A stretch of DNA of 61,711 nt, from the IMG/VR virus record IMGVR_UViG_3300042549_004976; one strand, 5' to 3'. This DNA comes from an uncultured virus (IMG/VR IMGVR_UViG_3300042549_004976) (Duplodnaviria; Heunggongvirae; Uroviricota; Caudoviricetes). Positions 10,190 to 20,270 of the stretch are shown piece after piece. The notes beneath the pieces were generated by a model that was given only the letters and a program-made list of their open reading frames with translations, did no database searches and had not been told where the DNA came from. A program made the position numbers and the translations under genes. Position 1 is the stretch's first letter. Each line of letters opens with the position of its first letter.

Positions 10190-10213
10190 CTCCTCTCTGA
10201 GTTGTGCTATACT
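10186..10213 (+). promoter_or_regulatory. Sigma70-type promoter with extended -10
   Basis: TTGACT-N16-TATACT with TG at the extended -10 position, followed by AGGAG and ATG 10234. Confidence 0.7.
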
Positions 10214-10233
10214 CCTCTCTAGGAGATTTCATT

Positions 10234-10740
10234 ATGAGTACTGAGACGCTAGGCATTTATATTATTCCCGATTCGGGAGCAGAACTTCCTCAATTCTCAA
10301 CCGAAGGGTCTGCTTGCTTTGATGTGTGCGCTCGTCTGTGGAAATCAACAATTGCATATGGTCCTCAAAATGTTCGTGTAGAGATTGACTGCACGGATGG
10401 ATATGTTGATATTCCTTGTGGATGGCGTGTGCTTGTCCCCACAGGGATTGTAATGGACATCCCCAAGGGATTCTCTGTGCGTCTACACTCTCGTAGTGGA
10501 CTTGCCCTGAAGGAAGGGCTTATCCTTGCAAACGCAGAAGGTGTAATCGACTCAGACTACACAGATGAACTCATGGTTATGGTTACCTCTATTAGTGGAG
10601 GAATCATTACTGTTAATGATGGAACTAGAATTTGTCAAGGCGAACTAGTTCGTAATCAACCCGTTGCCTTTACTCGCAGTGAATTCCCACCCCAACAAAA
10701 AACCGACCGCGTTGGCGGATTCGGTAGCACAGGAGTATAA
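10234..10740 (+). CDS. dut: Trimeric dUTPase
   Basis: SACFD, SRSGLA, GVIDSDY, RICQ, RVGGFGSTG. Confidence 0.93.
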   Translation: MSTETLGIYIIPDSGAELPQFSTEGSACFDVCARLWKSTIAYGPQNVRVEIDCTDGYVDIPCGWRVLVPTGIVMDIPKGFSVRLHSRSGLALKEGLILANAEGVIDSDYTDELMVMVTSISGGIITVNDGTRICQGELVRNQPVAFTRSEFPPQQKTDRVGGFGSTGV

Positions 10741-10741
10741 C

Positions 10742-11143
10742 ATGACACGAGACGAACTACTAGCATTTCACGCAGAACTCTGCACCGAAGCCCGTGATCT
10801 GATGAGCCTAAAGAACCGCGACTACGCTGGCAAGGAAGGCACAGAGCCGTTTGCCAACTTTACCCGCGTGGAGTCAATGGGCATCTGCAAGACCGAACAA
10901 GGTTTCATGGTGCGCCTTACCGACAAGATGAGCCGCCTGTCTTCCTTTGTACACGCAGGAAAAATGAATGTACAGGACGAGTCATTTATGGACACCTGTG
11001 TGGATGTAATTAATTATATGGTTTTACTTGCTGCATACTTAAAGGATAAAGAAGCGCAGAAGCAAGACGCTCCCACAATCAAATATACAAGCACACCGAT
11101 TCCTGTTGATTTAAATATAGGTGGTGGTAAACTAGGGGCATGA
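10742..11143 (+). CDS. Nucleotide-modification-associated (Nmad1/DUF1599-like) helical protein
   Basis: KNRDYA..PFANF..RLTDKMSRL..DESFMDTCVDVINY. Confidence 0.7.
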   Translation: MTRDELLAFHAELCTEARDLMSLKNRDYAGKEGTEPFANFTRVESMGICKTEQGFMVRLTDKMSRLSSFVHAGKMNVQDESFMDTCVDVINYMVLLAAYLKDKEAQKQDAPTIKYTSTPIPVDLNIGGGKLGA

Positions 11144-12072
11144 TACGACACCTTGGCTACGCCTGTATGAATCTGTCCTTGTCAGAAGGACAGAAAAAAG
11201 TAGATCGGTTCTTCACAGATCGAACTCTACGGATGGATCGCTTTACCCTTGAGCGTGTGGGAGAACTCGGTACGCGGAACGCCGCCGATCTTCTTCCCAT
11301 CCTCAAGTGGAATGTCGCCAACGGCATCCACTTCTTCCGCATTGGCAGTGGGATGTTTCCGTTCATGGATCATCCCACGCTTGGGTACGGGATGGGTGCG
11401 CTATCCCCAAAACACAGCGATTCTATTGTTAACAGCCTTGCAGCAGCGGGTGCGTATGCCAAGGAACACGGCATACGCTTGTCATGCCATCCTGGTCCAT
11501 ACACTTGCATTGCTTCACCTGACCACGATATAGTAGACAAAAGCATTTTATGTTTGCGGATGCACTCCCTTATCGCCGACCTGTTGGGCTGCGGCGATGA
11601 GTTTGCCATTAATATTCATGTGGGTGGTGTGTACGGCGACAAGACAGACACAGCAAAACGATTCACTGATGCTTTTAATTCCCTACCGCTAAACATTCAA
11701 AATCGTTTAACAGTTGAGAACGACGACAAAGCGTCTATGTGGAGTATGAGCGATCTGTATGAACTACTGTGGTCGCGATGCCAACGCTTAAAGTTGGTGT
11801 TGGATGTGCACCACCACCGCTTCTGCAAACGAGAGTTGCTGCACCACGCAGCAGACATGGCGTTCACCACATGGGACGGCTTTTGTGAAATTCCAAAGGT
11901 TCACTACTCGGAATCAAAAGCAGGTGCTAGACCCCAAGCCCACTCGGACTACATTAGTGAAGAAATTCCTGTACTGTCGGATACCGTTGAGTACGATGTA
12001 ATGATTGAAGCCAAGGCAAAGGACTTGGCACTTCTCCAATACCGAAAGGCTTACGCCCCATGCTTGCTGTGA
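11140..12072 (+). CDS. uvsE: UV-damage endonuclease
   Basis: LGYAC, FFRIGS, RLSCHPG, NIHVGG, LTVENDD, LDVHHH, HYSES, AHSD, MIEAKAKD. Confidence 0.92.
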   Translation: MIRHLGYACMNLSLSEGQKKVDRFFTDRTLRMDRFTLERVGELGTRNAADLLPILKWNVANGIHFFRIGSGMFPFMDHPTLGYGMGALSPKHSDSIVNSLAAAGAYAKEHGIRLSCHPGPYTCIASPDHDIVDKSILCLRMHSLIADLLGCGDEFAINIHVGGVYGDKTDTAKRFTDAFNSLPLNIQNRLTVENDDKASMWSMSDLYELLWSRCQRLKLVLDVHHHRFCKRELLHHAADMAFTTWDGFCEIPKVHYSESKAGARPQAHSDYISEEIPVLSDTVEYDVMIEAKAKDLALLQYRKAYAPCLL

Positions 12073-12497
12073 TTCTTGCTACCGTAATTTGCTCTGCCGC
12101 CACCTTTAAGGATGTAACGGTTCGCCCCCGCGAGAATCCTGTGAAGATTATTGATTTTCACACCGTTGACCAATTGCTTGATGCCATGTACACTGTTGAG
12201 TCCAACCGTGGACTGATTCTTGTGGGAGATGAGGGTAAGGCGATTGGTCCTTATCAGATTTGGAAGGCGTATTGGCAGGACGCTGTGGAGTTTGACAAGT
12301 CTATTGGTGGGGAATACCAAGACTGCATGAAAAAGGCGTATGCCGAAAAGATTGTTCGTGCGTATTGGAAGCGGTACGCTCCCAAGAGTGCAACGCTTGA
12401 GCAGTTGGCACGAATTCATAACGGTGGTCCGCGTGGACATCTGAACCCGAACACAATTAAGTATTGGAACAAGATCAAAAAGGAATTAGTCAAATGA
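12060..12497 (+). CDS. Invertebrate-type (destabilase-like) lysozyme with N-terminal hydrophobic segment
   Basis: VES..GPYQIWKAYWQDA..YWKRY..ARIHNGGPRG. Confidence 0.7.
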   Translation: MLAVILATVICSAATFKDVTVRPRENPVKIIDFHTVDQLLDAMYTVESNRGLILVGDEGKAIGPYQIWKAYWQDAVEFDKSIGGEYQDCMKKAYAEKIVRAYWKRYAPKSATLEQLARIHNGGPRGHLNPNTIKYWNKIKKELVK

Positions 12498-12889
12498 GTA
12501 AACCATTCGGATATTCGTATTACCTTGATATGTACACCTGTCGCATTGGTGCAGCCGATGACTTGGAGTTGCACTACCGCTTTCTTGAGCGCGTTGTGGA
12601 CAAGATTGGCATGACTCGTATGTCACAGCCTGTGGTAATGCATGGTCCAACTAAAAATGGACTTGAGATTTATCCCGACAAGGCAGGGGTAAGTGGTTGG
12701 GTTCCGCTTATTGAGAGCGGCATTCAGATTCACTCAATGGAACCCAAGCGGTTCATTACCCTTGATGTGTACTCCTGCAACAAGTTTGATCAGAACATCA
12801 TTTTTGAATACGCACGAGAATGCTTTGGCTTTGAAGAGTACGAAGAGAAATTCTTTGAGCGTGGTATGGGCTACGGCGATATTGCCTGA
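12494..12889 (+). CDS. S-adenosylmethionine decarboxylase-like pyruvoyl proenzyme
   Basis: GVSG..LIES.I.IH..LDVYSC motifs. Confidence 0.7.
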   Translation: MSKPFGYSYYLDMYTCRIGAADDLELHYRFLERVVDKIGMTRMSQPVVMHGPTKNGLEIYPDKAGVSGWVPLIESGIQIHSMEPKRFITLDVYSCNKFDQNIIFEYARECFGFEEYEEKFFERGMGYGDIA

Positions 12890-12902
12890 TGTGAGGTGTG
12901 CC

Positions 12903-13502
12903 TTGCCACAAGACAATGAAAAGAAAAAAGAACAGAAACGAAAATGGTGGAAGACTTTCTATCAAGAACACAAAGAACAGATACTTGCAGAAAAGCGTGA
13001 GTATCGTGAATCCAATAGACAGGTGATACGAGACACCCAAAAAGTCTACCGCGATTCTGAAAAAGGCAGATCAAAAAATGCTGAAGAGGCTAGAGAGCGC
13101 AGGGCATTAAAGAAAAACTGCACAATTCCATTGACGGAAAATGAACGCGAACGGCTTATGCTTTTAGAAAAAACTCGCAGAGAACTATCTGTAGAAACAG
13201 GTAAAGAGTATCATATAGACCATATTCTCCCTCTTTCTCACGGTGGTATTCATCACCCCATGAATTTAAGAATACTTGATGGTGCAGAAAACCTTTTAAA
13301 AAATGCAAAACTAATTCCCGAAGCGATTGCACTTGCACCCGAACACTTCCGCTTGTATAGTGAGCGTGTTAGTCCTGAACGCGCATGGGAGTTTGTGCGC
13401 CAACTTGCAGCAGGATTAGGATTGAGTGAAAAGGATTTGGACGCGCTCATCACAGGCAAGCCGCTGAAGAACAAGCCCACACTAGAGGATTTCATGCTAT
13501 GA
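12903..13502 (+). CDS. HNH endonuclease
   Basis: YHIDHILPL..GGIHHPMNLRIL..EN..K; basic helical N-terminus; TTG start after GAGGT inferred. Confidence 0.8.
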   Translation: MPQDNEKKKEQKRKWWKTFYQEHKEQILAEKREYRESNRQVIRDTQKVYRDSEKGRSKNAEEARERRALKKNCTIPLTENERERLMLLEKTRRELSVETGKEYHIDHILPLSHGGIHHPMNLRILDGAENLLKNAKLIPEAIALAPEHFRLYSERVSPERAWEFVRQLAAGLGLSEKDLDALITGKPLKNKPTLEDFML

Positions 13503-14458
13503 ACACCCACCACATTATTCTTGGCGATTGTATTGAAGGCATGAAAACGCTATCCGACAAATGCGTTCAGACTTGCATTACATCTCCTCCGTACTTCGGC
13601 TTGCGTGATTACCAAGGAGGAGAAGCCGAGATTGGTCAAGAAGACACCGTTGAGGGCTATGTGCAGAAGATGGTCGAGGTGTTCCGCGAGGTGCGCCGTA
13701 TTCTTCGTAATGACGGTACGCTGTGGCTGAACCTTGGCGACTCGTACATGAGCGCAAAGAACTGTGCCCCACCACCGCAGACGGTAGCCAACGGCAACGC
13801 TCGTAGTATGCCCACTGATTTTATTCCTGCAAACCGTAAGGATCAGGATGGGCTGAAGACAAAGGACTTAATTGGTATTCCGTGGCGGGTCGCTCTTGCG
13901 CTACAGGCAGACGGATGGTATCTGCGGCAGGACATTATTTGGAGCAAGCCCAATCCCATGCCTGAAAGCGTGGCAGACCGCTGCACGAAGTCGCATGAGT
14001 ACATTTTCCTGCTGTCCAAGAAGCCCCACTACTACTACGATCACGAAGCGGTAAAGGAACCTGCTCGTAATTGGGGAACCCGTGACCGCACCGAAATGCG
14101 GGACGGAACCACTGATCCCAAACTAAAGCACCACGGACTACAGGGCAAAGAGTGGGAGGAGAATCCACTGAAAAACAAGCGATCCGTATGGACGGTGAAT
14201 GCGAAAGGCTACAAGGGCGCACACTTTGCGGTGTATCCTGAAGAACTAGTAACGCCGTGTGTGCTTGCAGGATGCCCCGCAGGAGGCACGGTGTTTGATC
14301 CATTCACAGGCAGCGGAACAACTGCTGTGGTGGCTTTGAAGAACGGACGGAATTATATTGGGACTGAATTGAATCCCGAATATGTTAAGATTGCAGAAGC
14401 GCGTATTAAAGAATCAGTTCCACAAACTCTAGAGGGGATTTTAAATGAGCAAGTTTAA
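13499..14458 (+). CDS. DNA N4-cytosine/N6-adenine methyltransferase (beta class)
   Basis: TSPPY before FDPFTGSGTT; IIWSKPN; HFAVYP. Confidence 0.92.
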   Translation: MNTHHIILGDCIEGMKTLSDKCVQTCITSPPYFGLRDYQGGEAEIGQEDTVEGYVQKMVEVFREVRRILRNDGTLWLNLGDSYMSAKNCAPPPQTVANGNARSMPTDFIPANRKDQDGLKTKDLIGIPWRVALALQADGWYLRQDIIWSKPNPMPESVADRCTKSHEYIFLLSKKPHYYYDHEAVKEPARNWGTRDRTEMRDGTTDPKLKHHGLQGKEWEENPLKNKRSVWTVNAKGYKGAHFAVYPEELVTPCVLAGCPAGGTVFDPFTGSGTTAVVALKNGRNYIGTELNPEYVKIAEARIKESVPQTLEGILNEQV

Positions 14459-14708
14459 GCCGATTGGAAAATGGATTTGGGTGCAGTCTGAACTTGGTGG
14501 GCAAACCGAAACCGAAGCGGGAATCATTTACAATGAAGTAATACGATCTCGGAACATTTGGGCGCGGGTTGTCGCAATTGGTGATAAGATAACGGAAGAC
14601 ATTCGTGTAGGCGACCGTATTCTGTGGGACAGAACACTGAACAAGGGTCAAGGACATGACGGCAAAGACATGGTTCATCAGGATTGGATTGCACTCGTAG
14701 AACGATAA
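14445..14708 (+). CDS. GroES-like co-chaperonin
   Basis: KPIGKWIWV..TEAGII..VVAIG..IRVGDRIL. Confidence 0.65.
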   Translation: MSKFKPIGKWIWVQSELGGQTETEAGIIYNEVIRSRNIWARVVAIGDKITEDIRVGDRILWDRTLNKGQGHDGKDMVHQDWIALVER

Positions 14709-14716
14709 GGACACCA

Positions 14717-17272
14717 GTGGACTTCTATACTTCCGTTGACATTCGTGGTAAGAACATTCTCTATCGTGGTTGGAAGAACGGACAGCGGCAACACTTGCGC
14801 GTTCCGTTTTGCCCCACGCTCTATATTCCTGGCAAGGATAAGAGTGGAGAGTCTACGCTTACTACGATTCACGGACAGCCTGTACAGCCGATGCAGTTTG
14901 AGGATATGCAGGAAGCACGGGGGTTCATTGATCAGTTCAAGGATGTTTCTAATTACGCAATCTACGGCAACACGAACTATGTGTACCAGTATCTTTACAA
15001 GGAGTTTCCCCACGAAGTCGAATACGATTTCAAAAGCCTCCGCGTAGCAAACTTTGACATTGAGACATCTTGTGACGGCGGTTTTCCCACGCCCGATTCT
15101 CCGACTGAAAGGATTATCGCGATCACAATCTCAATGGGTGAAAAGACCTATGTGCTAGGCTTGGGAGACTTTCACATTGAGGGAGAGGGAGTTCAGATCA
15201 CCCCGTATGATGACGAGCGAGAACTTCTAGAAGGCTTTATTGCCATTTGGAAATTCCTCGACCCCGATATCGTGACAGGATGGAACATTCGCTTTTTTGA
15301 TATTCCGTACCTTGTGGCGCGGATGAACTATCTTGAAGACGGGTGGGCGAACTCCCTCTCTCCTTGGGGGAAGATGCGGGAAATGACTGTGAACCGCATG
15401 GGGCGGGATCAACAAGCACACATCATTAGTGGTGTGGCTACGCTTGATTACTTTGAGTTGTACCAAACCTTTACTTATGTAAAGCAGGAATCGTATTCGC
15501 TCAACCACATTTCCAAGATGGAATTGGGTGAGGAGAAACTGTCCTACGGTGAATACGAAACCATTCAGGAGTTCTACACCAAAGACTTTCAGCGATTCAT
15601 GGAGTATAACCTACAGGATGTGCGACTCGTAGACAAACTAGAATCCAAACTAAAACTCATGGAACTAGCGGTGGCGTTGGCGTATTCCGCCCGTGTAAAC
15701 TTTGAGGATGTGTTTTCTCAGGTTCGCACATGGGATGCCATTATTCACCATCACCTGATGAGCAAGGGCATGGTGATTCCACAGAGAACAAGCAACAAGA
15801 AGGACGATCAGTACGCGGGTGCGTATGTGAAGGATCCACTTGTGGGCAAGCACGATTGGGTTGTGAGTTTCGACTTGAACTCTCTGTATCCAATGTTGAT
15901 TGCGGGTTACAATATTAGTCCCGAAACAATGGAGCAGAATCCTGTTTGGAAACGCGGAAGCATTAGTCCTGATTCCATTTTGAGCAGGAACCGAGCAGAG
16001 CCTGTTTCGGAGTTCCTTGACCCTGCGGAATATTTGAGCGAAGCCAAGCGGTGCAATCTTTCTATTGCTGCTAATGGAGTTGCTTTCAGAAAAGACAAGC
16101 AAGGCTTTCTTGGAGAACTCATGGAGAAGATGTATGCGGAACGCAAACACTTCAAGGGGTTGATGATCCAAGCGCAGAAGCGGCTTGTGGAATTGGATAA
16201 GTCTGCTCCCGCCGAAGAGCGGCAGCGGATTGAATACGAGATTTCCAAGTACCACAATTTTCAATTGGTTCGCAAGATTCAATTGAACTCCATGTACGGC
16301 AGTCTTGGCAATCAGTACTCCCGATGGTTTGATGTAGCCCTAGCAGAAGCCATTACACTATCAGGTCAGTTAAGCATTCAATGGATTGGTGACGGTATCA
16401 ATCGCTTTCTCAACAAGGTGTTGAAAACCGATGGGGAAGACTATGTGATTGCTTCCGATACTGATTCCGTATATCTGCGTCTTGGTGGCGTGGTGGGGAT
16501 GAGCAAGAAGCACCAAGCCCAAGATCAGGTAGACTTCCTGAATGATTTCTGTGAGCGAGTTCTACAGCCGTACATCAACAAGCAGTTCGCCGAACTTTCA
16601 TCTGTAATGAATGCGTATGCGAACAAGATGGCAATGGGACGCGAAGTTATTGCAGAGAGTGGCGTGTGGACTGCCAAGAAGCGGTATATGCTTTCTGTTT
16701 GGGATAGTGAGGGTGTTCGGTACAAGACTCCAAAGTTCAAGATCATGGGCATGGAGACTGCTAGATCGTCTACCCCTGCGTATGTTCGTAAGGCACTAAA
16801 GACTGCCATTGAAATGGTTCTTGTTGGTGATGAAGTAACGCTTCAAAAGTTTGTTGTAAAGACCGAGAAGGAGTTCAAGTCATTGCCTGTGGAAGAAGTG
16901 GCTTCTCCCCGTGGCGTATCTAATATAGACGAGTACTCTGACTCCCTGACTATTTACAAGAAGTCTACACCCATTGCTGTTAAGGCTGCGCTGCTTCACA
17001 ACAACATGATCAAGCAATTAAAACTTGGTCGCAAGTATCGGCTTATTGGTGAGGGCGAGAAGATGAAGTTCATCTATCTGAAAACACCTAATCCTATTCA
17101 CGAAGGTGTTATTGGATTTCCTGTTACCATGCCTAAAGAGTTTGATCTTCAAAAATACATTGACTACGATACTCAATTCAAAAAGACTTTCCTTGAGCCT
17201 CTACGCACAATCACCAATGCGGTGGGGTGGAGTCCTGAAGAAAGAAATAGTCTTGAGTCTCTGTTTGCTTGA
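14717..17272 (+). CDS. Family B DNA polymerase (T4 gp43-like)
   Basis: FDIET, GWNIRFFD, YNLQD exonuclease motifs; SFDLNSLYP, KIQLNSMYG, SDTDS, KKRY; GTG start inferred. Confidence 0.96.
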   Translation: MDFYTSVDIRGKNILYRGWKNGQRQHLRVPFCPTLYIPGKDKSGESTLTTIHGQPVQPMQFEDMQEARGFIDQFKDVSNYAIYGNTNYVYQYLYKEFPHEVEYDFKSLRVANFDIETSCDGGFPTPDSPTERIIAITISMGEKTYVLGLGDFHIEGEGVQITPYDDERELLEGFIAIWKFLDPDIVTGWNIRFFDIPYLVARMNYLEDGWANSLSPWGKMREMTVNRMGRDQQAHIISGVATLDYFELYQTFTYVKQESYSLNHISKMELGEEKLSYGEYETIQEFYTKDFQRFMEYNLQDVRLVDKLESKLKLMELAVALAYSARVNFEDVFSQVRTWDAIIHHHLMSKGMVIPQRTSNKKDDQYAGAYVKDPLVGKHDWVVSFDLNSLYPMLIAGYNISPETMEQNPVWKRGSISPDSILSRNRAEPVSEFLDPAEYLSEAKRCNLSIAANGVAFRKDKQGFLGELMEKMYAERKHFKGLMIQAQKRLVELDKSAPAEERQRIEYEISKYHNFQLVRKIQLNSMYGSLGNQYSRWFDVALAEAITLSGQLSIQWIGDGINRFLNKVLKTDGEDYVIASDTDSVYLRLGGVVGMSKKHQAQDQVDFLNDFCERVLQPYINKQFAELSSVMNAYANKMAMGREVIAESGVWTAKKRYMLSVWDSEGVRYKTPKFKIMGMETARSSTPAYVRKALKTAIEMVLVGDEVTLQKFVVKTEKEFKSLPVEEVASPRGVSNIDEYSDSLTIYKKSTPIAVKAALLHNNMIKQLKLGRKYRLIGEGEKMKFIYLKTPNPIHEGVIGFPVTMPKEFDLQKYIDYDTQFKKTFLEPLRTITNAVGWSPEERNSLESLFA

Positions 17273-17314
17273 TCCCGTCCCTACATACAGTAACCCCTAA
17301 CAAAAGGATTCATT

Positions 17315-17635
17315 ATGGCTACAAAGATCGTGAAGGTGCTGACTGGCGAAGAAATTATTGCAATGATTACGGAAAACTTTGAGGGCGACAAAGTTGTGTC
17401 GTATACTTTAAAGAATCCGTGCATGGTTGTGCCTGTGCCAAGCAAGGGCGGCGGTACAAATATTGCAGTCGTGCCGTGGATGGCATCAGTCAAGGATACA
17501 AAGGTTACAGTTCCTGCATCGTATGTAATGTTCACTGCTGATCCTGCCACGGATCTTGCAAATGAATTTAATGGTGCATTCAATGGACTAGTTGTTCCGT
17601 CCACTGGCTCTTCAGGACTGAAACTCTCTACCTGA
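17315..17635 (+). CDS. Conserved T4-like hypothetical protein (Sm-like fold)
   Basis: KIVKVLTGEEIIA..LKNP..PW pattern; AAGGA RBS. Confidence 0.55.
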   Translation: MATKIVKVLTGEEIIAMITENFEGDKVVSYTLKNPCMVVPVPSKGGGTNIAVVPWMASVKDTKVTVPASYVMFTADPATDLANEFNGAFNGLVVPSTGSSGLKLST

Positions 17636-17820
17636 TGCAAACCTTAAACATCGAATATTTGAAAGGTCTTCTCCAAAAAAGAAAAGACCTGCTTCGACAT
17701 GAAGTAAAGCAGATGATCGTTGACAAACTCACTCCTCTTGATACAATTAGGAGTTGTGAGGCAGAGATGGAATTGATTGACACTCAACACAAGGCATTAA
17801 GACATTATGAAACTGAATGA
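17635..17820 (+). CDS. Small coiled-coil hypothetical protein
   Basis: TGATG coupling to upstream gene; heptad-like pattern. Confidence 0.4.
   Translation: MQTLNIEYLKGLLQKRKDLLRHEVKQMIVDKLTPLDTIRSCEAEMELIDTQHKALRHYETE
17720..17747 (+). promoter_or_regulatory. Sigma70-type promoter upstream of uvsX
   Basis: TTGACA-N16-TACAAT with extended -10 TG. Confidence 0.65.
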
Positions 17821-18856
17821 TATTTTGAAGGCGGCAAACAACAAGTACGCAACCATTGCAGCAGATGGATTGGAGGGCAGCGATGTCAAGGGATTTATTT
17901 CCACGGGATCGTATTCTTTTAATGCTCTACTGAGTGGTTCTATTTACGGCGGCATTCCCGACAACAAGATTATTGCTCTTGCGGGTGAACAAGCCACGGG
18001 CAAGACTTACTTTGCGCTGAATGTGGTTCGTGAATTTCTTGATAGTGATCCCACCGCAATGGTGCTGTATTTTGATACAGAGCAAGCCATCACTAGTGAA
18101 ATGCTTGACTCTCGCGGAATTGATCGTTCGCGGGTGGCTGTGCTGCCTGTTGCCACGGTGGAAGAGTTCCGTCACCAATGTGTTCTCACCGTGGACAAGT
18201 ATTTGGAGACAGACAGCAAGTCTCGTCCTCGCATGATGATTGTGCTTGACTCTTTGGGAATGTTGTCCACAGAGAAGGAAATGAACGACACCGCCGAAGG
18301 CAAGGGAACCCGTGACATGACTCGCGCACAGGTTCTCAAGGCTACCTTCCGTGTGCTCACCATCAAGTTGGGCTACGCCCGTATTCCACTTATTCTTACG
18401 AATCACACTTACGATGTTGTGGGTGCGTATATTCCAATGAAGGAAATGGGTGGGGGCAGCGGTCTGAAGTACGCTGCGTCCACTATCATCTACCTGTCCA
18501 AGAAGAAGGACAAGGTTGACAACGAGGTGGTTGGCAATATCATTCACTGCAAGACCAACAAGAGCCGTATGACGAAGCAGGACAAGATGATTGATGTGCA
18601 GTTGAATTTTGAAACAGGACTCAACAAGTACTACGGGCTATTGGATGTGGCAATCAAGTACGGCATCTTCACCAAGGTGTCCACGAAGATTCAGTTGCCC
18701 ACAGGCAAGACGGCTTTCGAGTCACAGATTAATCGGGATCCTGAGAAGTACTACACTCCCGATGTGCTTGCAGCAATTGAAGTTGCCGTGAAGAAGGAGT
18801 TCTGCTACGGAACGGATGAGAAGCCTGAGCCTGAAGCCACAACAGACGAGGAGTGA
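17807..18856 (+). CDS. uvsX: RecA-like recombinase UvsX
   Basis: AGEQATGKT, YFDTE, VLDSLG, NHTY, MGGGSGLKYAAS. Confidence 0.93.
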   Translation: MKLNDILKAANNKYATIAADGLEGSDVKGFISTGSYSFNALLSGSIYGGIPDNKIIALAGEQATGKTYFALNVVREFLDSDPTAMVLYFDTEQAITSEMLDSRGIDRSRVAVLPVATVEEFRHQCVLTVDKYLETDSKSRPRMMIVLDSLGMLSTEKEMNDTAEGKGTRDMTRAQVLKATFRVLTIKLGYARIPLILTNHTYDVVGAYIPMKEMGGGSGLKYAASTIIYLSKKKDKVDNEVVGNIIHCKTNKSRMTKQDKMIDVQLNFETGLNKYYGLLDVAIKYGIFTKVSTKIQLPTGKTAFESQINRDPEKYYTPDVLAAIEVAVKKEFCYGTDEKPEPEATTDEE

Positions 18857-18857
18857 T

Positions 18858-20270
18858 ATGAGTCAGACGGAACGAACGATCCTATCGGGACTGCTTAATG
18901 ATTCTGAATTCTGCAAGAAGACTATTCCATTCTTGCAAGAGGAATACTTTATTGATCGGGTAGACAAGACGGTTTTTCGTTCTGTTCAGAAGTTTGTGGA
19001 AGAGTACAAGGGGGTTCCAAGCAAAGAAGCCCTGCTGATTTCCATTGAGGGAGACAAGAGTATTAGTGAGGATGAATTCTCGCGATGCAAGACTCTTGTT
19101 GGAGAGATGTGCAAGTCTACAAAACAGGATACTGATTGGTTGGTAAAAACCACCGAGAAGTTCTGTCAAGACAAGGCTATCTACAATGCTATTCTTGAGT
19201 CAATTCAAATTATTGACGGCAAAGACAAGACACGCACCCCCTTGGCTCTTCCCGAAATTCTATCAAAGGCACTTGCTGTTTCCTTTGATACCGATGTGGG
19301 TCACGACTTTCTTGAGGACTACGAAGAGCGGTACGAGTTCTATCACAGGGTAGAGAAGCGCATTCCGTTTGACTTGGAGATGTTCAACACCATTACCAAG
19401 GGCGGTATCTGCTCCAAGACCTTGAATATTTTCATGGCAGGAACGGGTGTAGGTAAGAGTGCGTTCATGTGCCATCACGCTGCGGCGTGTCTCATGCAAA
19501 ACAAGAATGTGCTGTACATTACTCTTGAGATGGCAGAAGAGCGAATTGCCGAACGCATTGACGCAAACATCATGGATATTTCAATGGAAGACATGACTGA
19601 CTTGTCTTTGGAAATGTACAAGAAGCGGTTGCAAGCGCACACACGGGGAGTCAGCGGTAAACTCATTGTTAAAGAGTATCCCACATCGTCTGCGAATGCA
19701 AATCACTTTCGTATTCTGTTGGACGAGTTGCGAATGAAGAAGCAGTTTGTTCCCGATATTATATTCATTGACTATATTAATATCTGCTCGTCTTCCCGCT
19801 TCAAGAGCGGTGGCACAATTAATTCATACGGATATATCAAGGCTATTGCCGAAGAGTTGCGTGGCTTGGCAATGGAACGGGATGTTCCTATCATCTCTGC
19901 CACACAGACTAATCGTGGTGGCTTCTCGTCTACCGATGTGGACTTGACTGATACTGCGGAATCGTTTGGACTTCCTGCAACAGCAGACTTGATGATTGCC
20001 CTGATCACCACCGATGAATTGGAAAAGTCGGGACACATCTTGGTGAAGCAGTTGAAGAACCGATACAATACAAAGGCAGCAAACAAAAAGTTTATTGTGG
20101 GGTTGAACTACTCCAAGATGAAGTTCTTTGATGTGGACAGCAGCGAGTCGGAAGACTTGATGGACGCAAACATCAACAAAAAGGAAACAGACGGCTTTGG
20201 AAGTGGTTACGGCAAGGACTTAAAGAGTAAGTTTGATACTAAGCGTGATACCTCTGATTGGAGTGTGTGA
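18858..20270 (+). CDS. Replicative helicase (T4 gp41-like)
   Basis: AGTGVGKS, ITLEMAEE, IDYINI, SATQTNR, KQLKNRY. Confidence 0.95.
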   Translation: MSQTERTILSGLLNDSEFCKKTIPFLQEEYFIDRVDKTVFRSVQKFVEEYKGVPSKEALLISIEGDKSISEDEFSRCKTLVGEMCKSTKQDTDWLVKTTEKFCQDKAIYNAILESIQIIDGKDKTRTPLALPEILSKALAVSFDTDVGHDFLEDYEERYEFYHRVEKRIPFDLEMFNTITKGGICSKTLNIFMAGTGVGKSAFMCHHAAACLMQNKNVLYITLEMAEERIAERIDANIMDISMEDMTDLSLEMYKKRLQAHTRGVSGKLIVKEYPTSSANANHFRILLDELRMKKQFVPDIIFIDYINICSSSRFKSGGTINSYGYIKAIAEELRGLAMERDVPIISATQTNRGGFSSTDVDLTDTAESFGLPATADLMIALITTDELEKSGHILVKQLKNRYNTKAANKKFIVGLNYSKMKFFDVDSSESEDLMDANINKKETDGFGSGYGKDLKSKFDTKRDTSDWSV

